The position numbers were made by a program, and so were the translations under genes. Positions 13,001-23,383 of a stretch of 53,353 bases of DNA are shown here, piece after piece. The DNA comes from Folioceros fuciformis (taxonomy: Eukaryota): the NCBI GenBank assembly GCA_049999805.1, contig JBNGIO010006169.1, positions 1-53,353 of the forward strand. Direction: 5' to 3'. The notes under the pieces were generated by a model. It saw only the letters and a list, made by a program, of their open reading frames with translations. It ran no database searches and was not told where the DNA came from. Position 1 is the stretch's first letter; every line of letters begins with the position of its first letter.

Positions 13001-14259
13001 ACGGCACATTCTTTCAGAGTGTCATAAATGCCTTCGATGCTGTCATCCTTCATGCAGACTAAGAAGCAGCTACTCAGCTGCACAACCACACCAGGTCAGA
13101 AAACCATAGCGTAACTCATCTGCATGGCCAAGAGCAAATGCACATGGCAGAGGCCACATTGATTCAAAACCTATCACTCAGGCAGGTGGATAGGTCGAAC
13201 CTGAGGCCTCTGGGTTCCAGCATTAAAAAGTGTGGGTGATGCATGGGTAAACCAACGCTGCGACATCATGTGATAGGTTTTGATGGCTGACTCGATGTCT
13301 TCTTTGTGGATTCCGACAGCCACACGCATCAGCATGTGCTGCGGCCTCTCAACAACTTTACCATTCACCTTCAACAGGTAAGACCGCTCCAAAGTCTTGA
13401 AACCAAAGTAATCATAATCAAAGTCCCTGTCGTAGATGACTTCGCTGTCCAGCCGGTCTTTGTTCTGACAGAGAAAGCCCTCAGAATTCAAAACTCCAGT
13501 CATCCCACCAATGGCCATAAATCAACAAACAAGCATAGCCTTCTCGCATACCGCTTTGATAATCTGGTACACATCATCCCCAATCAAGGGGGCCTTCTTC
13601 CCAGACTTGAGATCCACATGATTATACATAACTTCGACACTGGAATAAATCACGACCACCATGAATTGCTTGCACTGCCATCTCTGCACTGAACATAATG
13701 GTACTACACGAACAAGCCAGCAAGGCAACGACACACCACTTACGTCGCGGAAAACGACTTCATCGTATTCTTGTGCAGATTGGAAACCGCAATCCGAGCA
13801 GCAAGCTGCAAAACCTCCCAACAGTCAGCAGATTGGCCACAGGGGTGAGAGCGGCAGCAGCTGCCAACCAGGAGACTGAATGCAGATCCCACCCACACCC
13901 CACCCCTTCCCTAACACTACCACACTGGGCCGTGAATTCACAACACTAAACCAACAATTACAAGCCCGCGTCCGCGAAATGCATCGTCCCCAAACCGAAA
14001 CCCACAAAGTACAGCAGAGAACCGGTACTACCAGGGCATAGTCCGGATGCGAAGCCGTCATGGCGGCAGCGGTCTCGGCTGCGAGCTCGTCCAGCTGGCT
14101 GGTGTGCACCCCTGCGTACACTCCAGCACAGACCTTCATGGTGACCACAACGGGGTCACAGTAGTCCGGGTTGAGGCCATAGCTCAGCTTCTTCAGCCGT
14201 GCTGTGATCTTGTCGAAATGCACAGCCTCCTGCCGCCCATCACGCTTGATGACATACAT
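10098..14259 (-). CDS. RNR1: Ribonucleoside-diphosphate reductase large subunit (about 17 coding exons)
   Basis: ATP-cone N-terminus [79 protein letters not shown]-terminal CISCGS*. All junctions traced as GT-AG. Confidence 0.97.
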
Positions 14260-14450
14260 CTTCTCAGAATTCACAGAAGCCCCAGAAACCGCGCTGCGAA
14301 AAAGCGGCAGCACACGCTGGGTTGTGAACGCAGCACGGAGAGCTCTAAGCGAGCTTCAATCCGCACGTATTTGTACCCTCAAGGTCTGCCGCTCTCGCGG
14401 CTGTGCCCGGGCTAGGGCTGCCCGTGATCCCAGGGCCTATTTGAAGCACC

Positions 14451-14680
14451 TGGCGGGAGCCACAGTGCCTGCTGCTCATCTGCACCCGGGCTGAAGCTTC
14501 CCCGACACATCGATGCCCCACCCTTGAAGCCGGGGCGGTGCTAAGGATGGCTGCCGACCTGCAACAGGTCTTTGCCTTCCTGAACCCGCAGAGCGGGATT
14601 CTGGTGGCAGTTAGTCCTGCCGCCGGGAAGCTCCAAGTTTCGACTTCGCGTGGCGGGAAATCTTGCAGAGGCGGGAAGTT
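14451..14680 (-). promoter_or_regulatory. Cluster of E2F-type sites upstream of RNR1
   Basis: TGGCGGGAAA at 14651-14660 (TTTCCCGCCA on minus) plus near matches at 14451, 14591, 14620 and 14670. Plant RNR genes are established E2F targets. Confidence 0.7.
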
Positions 14681-14823
14681 GGAAGAGTGGCGCCCACGGC
14701 ATGATCCCGGGTGCGTTGGGCTGGGCTGTCTGTGGTTCCGTTGACCCGGCCGTGATTCCCGTCTCTGCCATCAGCCTCGCCAGATCTGGGATGTGATGGT
14801 GTGTGGGCTGGTGTGATGGGTTG

Positions 14824-15430
14824 CCCTTCTGCACGCAGACTATGAGGGACTGTGCCTTCTGTGCAGTCAAGTACAAGTTATTGTTGGCCTGCATGAAGAA
14901 GAAGGCCCCAGGCTGTACCAAGAAATGGCAAGGCATGGGTTGGATCTGAACAGGAGTTTTGCGAGATCCTGACTACGTTACTGCACATGTCAAATAGTGG
15001 AAGATGGGCAAATGGACTGCAGCTGTTTGAAAGTCTACAGCGCCGAACTGCCTTCTCTCTCTGGTTGTAGAAACGCTGGACTGTGTGGAGGGGATGCAAG
15101 ACGAATGTGTGCAGCCTGACAAATATACTCTTATCAGCGCGATGTGGTGTCATGGAATGCCCTGACAGTGGAACATGTGTAGCAAGGTGAAGGACGTAGG
15201 GCCCTGCAGGTTCATGCCGAAATGCAAGGCGAAGGGATTCACCAAGTGATAGAACTTTTGTTAAGAGTTCTCCAGGCATGTGCTATCTTTGACCAGAAGG
15301 AGTCAAGCAAATTTCTTCAGGGCCGAAATGTGAAACTGGCACCGGTTCAAACATGCCATCAATCATAGTATGAAGGTTATCTGTGCTGTTTTGAAAAGGA
15401 CGTTTTTGTTGGTAGCACGTTGGTTAGCAT
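14824..15430 (+). pseudogene. Decayed inverted copy of the 5' part of the PPR gene (source ~8580-7754)
   Basis: Shared blocks GCATGAAGAAGAAGGCC, TTGGATCTGAACAGGA, GATGCAAGACGAA.GTGTGCAGCCTGACAAATATAC, GATGTGGTGTCATGGAATGC and TTTGTTGGTAGCACGTTGGTTAGCATG, with many deletions and frameshifts. Confidence 0.9.
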
Positions 15431-15435
15431 GCATG

Positions 15436-15708
15436 CAAGCTTGGAGAGCATGGTCGCTGTTTCCTGTCCCAGAGGCTAGAGGGTTTCACATCTCACGTGT
15501 CTGGCTGCAAAACGCAATGAGTTCAAGGAAGAGAGGTGACCAGACAACTTCCACCGAGCTCGGCACTTTTGCACCTAACTTAAAAGGGCTACTGTACAGG
15601 AGCCTCTGGCATACACGGTGCACATGCTTGAAGAGCACCAACAAATGACCGATCATTTGGCCTGATCCTTGGGACGACACCCTGCTGGGACATTGCCCCC
15701 AACACCTG
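15436..15708 (-). pseudogene. Internally inverted block: RNR1 fragment (source ~11130-11300) joined to PPR fragment (source ~7551-7720)
   Basis: GGCTAGAGGGTTTCAC and AAGGGCTACT...CAGGAGCCTCTGGC match 11169-11298. GCACATGC...AGAGCACCAACAAA...CCGATCATTTGGCCTGATC and CCTGCTGGGACATTG..CCCAACACCTG match 7551-7720. Both are in the same orientation as their sources. Confidence 0.85.
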
Positions 15709-16290
15709 AGGACATGGAGGCGATCTGCATGTAATTATTCGGTGTAACAAGATTGTAGCGATGGAATCATGCTCTGATGTAAGGATGGTGTTGGGTCAAA
15801 GAACTGTGTGGGAGATGAAGCAACGAATTATTGTGGAATGCCAAAGGTGTGTTCTCGACAATGTGCACATAGACCTGCCATCTTTGGGAAATCAACATCC
15901 CTGCATTTGTACTCCAGGCGGGGTGTGATTCCTCACTCCTGATTCGTAAGAGCTTGTGTTTGCTCAAGAACACTGTGGTTCGGGCTGTAACTGTCTGTTA
16001 CATGTACAAGGTCTGGAGAGGGTTATGAATCATTTGCCCTCTTGGGTTGCTGAGATGCGATCAACTGTAGAGCCGAATAGTTCAAAGTGGTCACATGTAG
16101 TGCCTCAATTTGGGATCGCCTCGGCGCCTAGGCACAGAGTGTGGAGTATGACGTGATTGAATGTCAGGAAGGGGAGAAACCAAAATTGAAATCAGTAGAC
16201 AGCACCGAACCTCAGCACATGCAGATGTTACAACTGGTTTGCTTGCAGGAGAGAAAGGATAACTGTGTAGCTTGCAGGTCTTTTGTGCAT
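15709..16290 (+). pseudogene. Decayed inverted copy of the RNR1 3' end with introns (source ~10800-10100)
   Basis: AGAACTGTGTGGGAGAT.AAGCAACG, AACATCCCT.CATTT.TAC.CC and GGAGAAACCAAA...CAGTAGACAGCACCGA are shared. The translation EKPKLKSVDSTE...LVCLQERKDNCVAC matches RNR1 [12 protein letters not shown]...[14 protein letters not shown]. Confidence 0.88.
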
Positions 16291-18228
16291 TATTTTTGTG
16301 TCAGCGATGTCACCTTCACCGTGACCCTCCTTCTGCCTGGAGTGTCGAAGCTGTCGATTTCCAGGGTCTATAGAGCAGTCGCACGTAGGCAGCGGACACG
16401 GGAGTTTCAAGGGTTTAAGCTGTCTCGTAGTTCTGGAGTGTCTGAGGACAACCTCTGAGCACCAGTTGCATGAAGGGCCAACCATTCTTTCTGCACAAAC
16501 CGGCAGCTGAATTCTCTTCCCATCCTTTTCTCAGAGCATGTGGGACTTTCGTCAAGGTGATGTTTCCGTGTGGCTTTGTAAGAGTCGTCGACTGGAGCAA
16601 GCATGACCGACCAAAATCTGCCGTGCACGTTTCTCAAACCCAGCGGAGCGACTCTCATTCGTCATCTGGTGGGCCGGGCTGGTATCCCCTTCAAACTCCA
16701 TGCACATGGAAGGCAGGGAATGAAGCCGTCTGAATTCCGTGACGGGAGATCAACGAACTCCTCTGTAGCACGGAATTTCCATGGATTAGAGCCTAGGGAA
16801 AGTATCCCGGTCAGAAGGAATGGGGGCCAAGGTCACCGTCATGCTGTGAGCGTTGCTCTCCTGCTTCAGTGAGGACATTGGAAGGCAAGAAAGCAGGTAT
16901 GAAGAATCTGAGAGGCACATTCGATCGTTCTCCACCGCAAGATCCGTGAGTAAGTTAGCGGTGGGCTTCTTTCTCCTCATATCCTGACGATGGTTTCCTT
17001 CCTCCTGTGTATCGCTGACTGCACGATGACGGCAGTTCCAGCCTTGTTCGTCCCCGACTCCACTCGAGTTACCAGAGCCTACCAAGATCAAGGCCGTTGT
17101 TCGTGGAACATTCGGGAGGCCTCCCGGACATACAGACACAAAAGCGGCAAATGATCACGCCTGTCCCAGCTCCATCTGTCAAATTTCTGTCGCTGTTAGG
17201 GACCACACATTTCAAACTGTGGACCCACGGAGAAGCGGATAGAAATGGGGGGCAACTGTCCTTCCCTGTACAGTACGTAGAATGCTCCTCTACGCACTGT
17301 GTAATGCAGCATGGCATGTGCTCAGCGTGCGCATAATGTGAGATTGGAATCACTAAACAGAAGGCAGACTGGGAAACCGTTGGGGGAAGAAAGGACTCGG
17401 TCTGAAGGTGGGGACAAGATTGGAGGTTAAACTTTGTTGGGCCCATAGTAAGACTCCACGTTGCACAGCAGAGCCCGTAGAGAAGTTCCACACGGTGACG
17501 CCGGGCATGGGCACCATTTCTTTACCCAGGTTAAATCCTGATCTGCGCATGCTGTGCGGCCACGTCCACCATTGGCTCCAGCGGAACTGGGTGCCGATTT
17601 ATCAGCAGGATTATCACCAACGAGGATGAGATGCTTTGAGCCCTCCAAATTCTGGGATGCCAGCCAGCTGCAGCAGCAGCGGTGCAGAAGCGGGAGAGCC
17701 AGGTGAGGTGTAGGTGGCGGAAGAGCCCCCAGGCTATGCTTTGCCACGCCTGCCTTCCCCCTGCCTCTCAAATTCCTGCAGGTGCATTTCTTTGTTGCTG
17801 CCCGGCCTCTTGCTGCCTCCAGGCTCCAGCATTTTCTCTTCCGCCTTCCCTGGCCTGCGCTTTCCGTCCAAGCATTTTCCGGTCGAGGAGTTTGGGATTC
17901 TGAACATCCTAAGCATTTTTGCTTCCTGAAGTCGAGGTGGGTGTTGCTGCAGGAAAGGAGCAGGGCGGTTGCAGCTGCCTGAGCTTTCTGAGCATGGGAG
18001 CAAGTGTGGAGAGCAGTATGGGAGCGTAGACTCCGGGGCTGGTTTTGGGTTTAGGCTGCTTGGGGCCTGCCTGTGTAAGAGAGCCTGGAGGATAGGTGCT
18101 GTGCCTATGTCGCTGTCTGGAAGTCTCAGAGGCTGGAAGTTCGGGAAGTGCCATTGCTGAATGCCCGAGTGTGAATCAGCTCTTGCACTGCTTGCGGAGA
18201 GCGGATTCGTTTGTTTGGTTTGGGAAGA

Positions 18229-19811
18229 ATGGAAGTGGTGAGATTCCGACTTGCGCCAGGCCATTCCTGTGCTGCACTGGTGCCTGCTTCAGACGGTGCG
18301 CATTGCCGGCTGCCGCTTCCTCCTCTGCCTCAGTTCGCTGTATCGAGGCGGCGGAGCAGGGTCCTGGGTCACTCGCACCGGGTTCTGTCCTGGATTCACG
18401 TCTCGCAGCCGAGAAGAAGAGATGCTGCCGTCTGTATGGTGCTGAGCAAGGACGAGCACGAGGCCCCTTCGTCTGCGGAGGAGGAGGAGGAGGAAACTCT
18501 GGACGTGGGTGTGAATGGGAATGCGGAACCTGTAGCCTCTTCCTCCTCTGCCTTTCAACTGGCTGCCTCGGTCGCATCGTCTGTGGATGACGAGAAGGCG
18601 GTAAGCGATAAGAAACGGATAGACAGGGCAATGCGGAGGGAGGCCCAGAGGTCTGCGTACCTGTGGGCTGCCATTGTTTCCAGTATTGGGTTCACCACTC
18701 TTGCTGCTGGAGCTGTATACTACCGATTTGTGTGGCAATTAGAGGTCAGAATGCTTGTCACATGCCTGCTGCACTTCGGATGATTTTCCCTCTTGGATGC
18801 TGCTGATGAAGTGGTGCTTGAGCAGGGAACCGGAGAAGTTCCATTTGCCGAGGTGCTGGGAACCTTCTCTCTTGCAGTCGGAGCTGCAGTAAGTCTTCCC
18901 AACGGTTCTTTGTGCCTCGCCACAAAACGCAGTTTGTTGCTAACACTGGAAGAGTCCATTTGACAGTTGCCGTGTGGTGTGAACAGGTAGGGATGGAATT
19001 CTGGGCACGTTGGGCTCACAAGGCTTTGTGGCATGCGTCTCTCTGGAGTATGCATGAGGTGAGCTGAGCCTCAGCTCATTCCCCTCCTCCAAAGAACCAT
19101 ACACTACCTTGCACGAGTACTCTAACGTACCTCCCTTCTTGCTTTCCAGTCTCACCACCGTCCTCGTGAAGGCCCGTTCGAACTCAACGACGTCTTTGCT
19201 ATCATAAACGCGGTCCCTGCTATTGCCCTGATGGCATACGGATTCTTCAAACCCGGTCTTGTACCTGGTCTCTGTTTCGGAGCAGTAAGCATTCCCCACC
19301 ATCATCCGCACTGCCCACACCCGAAATTCTTGTTCCTCCCGGGAGCCAACCAGTGGCTGTTGTCTCTGCAGGGATTAGGCATCACCATGTTCGGCATGGC
19401 CTACATGTTCATCCACGATGGACTTGTCCACCGTCGTTTCCCAGTAGGACCACTTGCAGATGTCCCCTACTTCAAGAAAGTGGCAGCTGCTCATCAGGTA
19501 TGTCCCCCTCAAGCACCCCTTGTTACCTTGCTGGCCACCCTTATCGCCTCCCTGACAGGTCTCTTCCTTGTGTATGCAGCTACACCACGCCGATCTGTTT
19601 CAAGGAGTTCCATACGGCTTGTTCCTGGGCCCCAAGGTAACGAATCACCCAACCCTAGAGTGTCAACGAACGCTCGATACATGACACTCATGTCTAACTC
19701 TCCTCTCGTCAACAGGAGCTGGAGATGGTCGGAGGACTCCCCGAGCTCGAAGCCCTGATGGAATCGAAGAAGAGATTCGCCAAACAATCACAACAACCCA
19801 GATCCAATTGA
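18229..19811 (+). CDS. BCH: Beta-carotene 3-hydroxylase (non-heme di-iron, BCH/CHY), 7 exons
   Basis: Transit-peptide-like N-terminus, then AVYYRF, VGMEFWARWAHKALWH, MHESHHRPREGPFELND, FIHDGLVHRRFPVGP and HQLHH..FQGVPYGLFLGPKE. Confidence 0.95.
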
Positions 19812-20414
19812 TTCTTCTCACCTCCTCCTCCCTCACCGTTCCCCTTCAGCCGTTAGCATCCGACACGCCTAATTCAGCAAGGCCGTTTGTGTGGATGAGG
19901 AGCTGAGCTGGTCGTACCACAGCTCAACACATTTTTTGTTCTCTGCAACACCTTCAATACAAAAGCTCGAGCTCACCTAACCGGCAGCTCCGGAAGCATC
20001 TTCCGTGTCACCTGCTATACCGGCCTCTTGCCACGTGTCTTTCCACCATCTGGTGAACGCGGAGCTCCCGCTCCGTGCCGCCGCGAACTGTGGCGATTTG
20101 TGCCTGAAGGGAGGCTTCGAGAAAAGCGCACGGATTGGTTTGGGCAAAGCGCGTCTCTCTCAGCGGAGAGCAAGTGTTCTTTTGCGACAGGGAGTGCAGT
20201 GTGCAGTCGGGAAGGCATCTTTTAGGGTGGACTCACTGCACGGTTCTTGATGCGCGGAGTCTCGGTATGCGCGACCTTTGATGATCATATGGTCAGGACG
20301 ATGAAGGCGTGCTACTCGAACGCGGATGCGGAGGACATCTGCTGTACCCGCTGCTGAGGATTGGCCTACCGACGGCGTGTATTTCATGTTTGCCGGAAAT
20401 CGGGCACCACGAGG

Positions 20415-20989
20415 ATGTGTGCGGCAGTGCTGGCTAGGGCGGGCAGACAGGCTCCGGGAGCCCGCCGCCAAGCCCTTACTCTTACGGCAGCCGCAGCGGA
20501 GAGGATCAGCCATCTGTTGAAGTTGAGGCAGAAAGAATATCTGAGGCTGGGAGTGAAAGTGCGCGGCTGCAATGGCCTCACCTACACCCTCGATTACGCT
20601 GGTTAGTCACTCGTTCCACTCCTTCCTGCCCGTCCCATTGTGTCTGGCCTGCATCGCCGCTCTGACGCCTTAGGTTTTGAGATTTGGCTGCAGATGCGCA
20701 GGGAAAGTTTGACGAGATTGTGGAAGACAAGGGAGTGAAGGTGCTCATCGATCCAAGGGCCTTGATGCATGTCATCGGCACTAAGATGGACTTCGTGGAA
20801 GATCGGTTGAAGTAAGCACTGCCTCCGTCTTCATCGAGCGTTTGGAACATGGAATCTGCTTACATGGGTTGCGAGACCTTGCGATGCATCTCTGACGGTG
20901 CCGTTGTGTTGTGCAGGCAGGAGTTTGTGTTCATAAACCCTAATTCTAAAGGGGAGTGCGGTTGTGGAGAGTCCTTCACCACGAGCTAG
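20415..20989 (+). CDS. ISCA1: Mitochondrial A-type Fe-S cluster assembly protein (IscA/ISA1-like), 3 exons
   Basis: [46 protein letters not shown] and [18 protein letters not shown]. Confidence 0.93.
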
Positions 20990-21396
20990 TTCATTCATTG
21001 TCGTCTCAGTTCATAGAACTGATCACCGAGAGCATGCCAGCATCTTCGTTTACGTACATCCAATGGCTTCGTTTCATTCAACAATCCATTCTTAAGCCTT
21101 ACTTACCCCCACTATCAGTCAGACAGGGAGTAAAGACTCGCCTGGATTAGACGAGGAGGAGGAGCCTCTTGGATCTGTAGAGAGCTCGATAGTCCTCGTT
21201 ATGTAACATTTTTGTGTATGTTACAGATGTATCACATATATATTCGGTGGCGTGGGGTGGACCTAACATTCTCTGCCTGAAGCGTACACCGAGGGGAAAA
21301 TAGCAGTGTGTACGTACCCTTTTAGCTCCGGAATTCGCAGTCAGGTTGCGGATGTGTCAGTCTGCCCTAACCATCTTTTTTGTTCACAACTGAAAA

Positions 21397-21446
21397 GGGA
21401 GCGCTAGCGATTGGCGGAGGGAGCGCTAGCGATTGGCGGCGGGAGC
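21397..21446 (+). repeat. 22-bp direct tandem duplication in the RACK1 5' leader
   Basis: GGGAGCGCTAGCGATTGGCGG(A/C) twice, followed by GGGAGC. Confidence 0.9.
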
Positions 21447-21460
21447 TTCTTCGAGCAGTC

Positions 21461-22500
21461 ATGGCGGAGACGTTGGTGCCGCGGGGCACGCTCAAGGGTC
21501 ACTCCGGCTGGGTGACGGCCATCGCCTGCCCCATCGACAATCCCGACGTGATCCTGTCGTCTTCCAGGGACAAGTCTGTAATCGTGTGGAGACTGACGAG
21601 GGATGGGGAGAAGTACGGAGTTCCCAGGCGCCGTCTCACGGGACATGGCCACTTTGTGCAGGATGTTGTGATTTCTTCCGATGGGATGTTTGCCCTATCC
21701 GGGTCTTGGGATGGGACTTTGCGGCTGTGGGATTTGAATACCGGGCTGACCACCAAGAGGTTCGTGGGGCACACCAAGGATGTTCTTAGCGTGGCGTTCT
21801 CGGCAGATAACAGGCAGATTGTGTCAGGGTCTCGGGACAAGACAATCAAGCTGTGGAACACCCTAGGGGAGTGCAAGTACACTATCCAGGACGCAGATGC
21901 GCACACGGGATGGGTGAGCTGCGTTCGTTTCTCCCCCGTGAACAACAATCCTATCATCGCATCTGGGGGCTGGGACAAGTCTGTGAAGGTCTGGAATCTC
22001 ACCAATTGCAAGCTCCGCACCGCCTTGCATGGGCACACAGGTTATATCAACACGGTGACTGTGTCCCCTGACGGTTCGCTCTGCGCTAGCGGCGGCAAGG
22101 ATGGAGTGGCCATGTTATGGGACCTGTCGGAGGGAAAGCGCCTCTACTCTTTGGATGCTGGTGATATCATCCATGCGCTTTGCTTCAGCCCTAACAGGTA
22201 CTGGCTCTGCGCTGCTACTCAGCACAGCATTAAGATCTGGGACTTGGAGAGCAAGAGTGTTGTGGACGAGCAGCGCCCGGAAGCTACAAAGAATTCTCAG
22301 GTGCTGTTTCTCTTACAGCCGTCATGTTTGCTTTTTCGGGGTTTTGGGTGAAGTTCTATGGTTGGGTCTGTTGTGACAGTTTTGTTGCTGTGTTCCAGAT
22401 CCCTCATTGCATCAGCCTTTGCTGGAGTGCGGACGGCAGTACTCTCTACGGTGGCTTCACGGACGGTGACATTCGAGTTTGGGGAGTTGGTCGTAGCTAG
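21461..22500 (+). CDS. RACK1: Receptor for activated C kinase 1 (ribosome-associated WD40 protein), 2 exons (intron 22301-22398)
   Basis: [22 protein letters not shown]...[34 protein letters not shown]; the last exon encodes [20 protein letters not shown]. Confidence 0.97.
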
Positions 22501-23383
22501 ATGAGTATCCCACTGTTTTCCAGTTCACTGGAGACGCTGCCGAATTTTGTATCCCTCACCAGGTGAAGGACGGCACAATGGGCATGCCTCGTTGCTCATT
22601 CCGGCTATATGGAGGTTAGGAGGAAAAGAGAGCGAATTTGAGGCCAATCTTTTTGTTGGAAGAGATGTAGGACTCATCTAGACCTGGATCGAGCTGGGCA
22701 TGTTTTGCCTGCTTCGGAACAGTCGCATAGGACAAATCTTTTTGCCATGCAACTCCCTTGTACGAAAGAGTCGAAACAAGTCAATTTTGTTGAGTGTTTG
22801 CAAACCTCACCCATGTCATTCCCGTGGGATGAAAGGGCCGCACGTACTCACCTTACAGCCCGGAGATGTCCCAACTGTGTAGGCCAAGCTGTGTGAAGTC
22901 ACCCGCAGACGGGTTGTTACGAGGAAGTCCATTCCCCCACCTCCCCACCTCCACCTGCGTAACTAGAGAAGCTCCCAACGTTTCACACTGGCAGGGTCGG
23001 GGATTAGAAAGTCGGTTGAGTCTTAGAGTCCTCTCCACTGAAAGTCGTTCAACCTGCCCAGTGCCCACCAGCGTGAATGGATTGGCACTGCCTTGTTGCT
23101 TCGCCATCGGCTCCGTCACACGAACGTCTTGTCGGGTTTCTGCTTTGATCTTGCATTGCCCGAGCGGAGGAGAGGGGGCATCCTACGTGCTGAGGAGGAG
23201 CGGGAGGAGCGGGAGGAGCGACGGTGCAACATGGTTCACAGAAGTAGCTAGCTGGCTGCTGTGCTGCAGATCCCACCTGAAGTCTACAGGGGTCTGATGG
23301 ATGGAGCTGGAATTAGCTCAGTGCAGGCGTTGGGCTTTCAATCAATGATTTGAGTGGACGCATTGCCAGGCAGGGGCGCTATC

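Noticed and set aside
16141-16458. Functional small CxxC redox protein ORF
   Set aside because: It begins in intron-derived sequence with a GTG and is the decayed last exon of the RNR1 duplicate, with upstream exons frameshifted.
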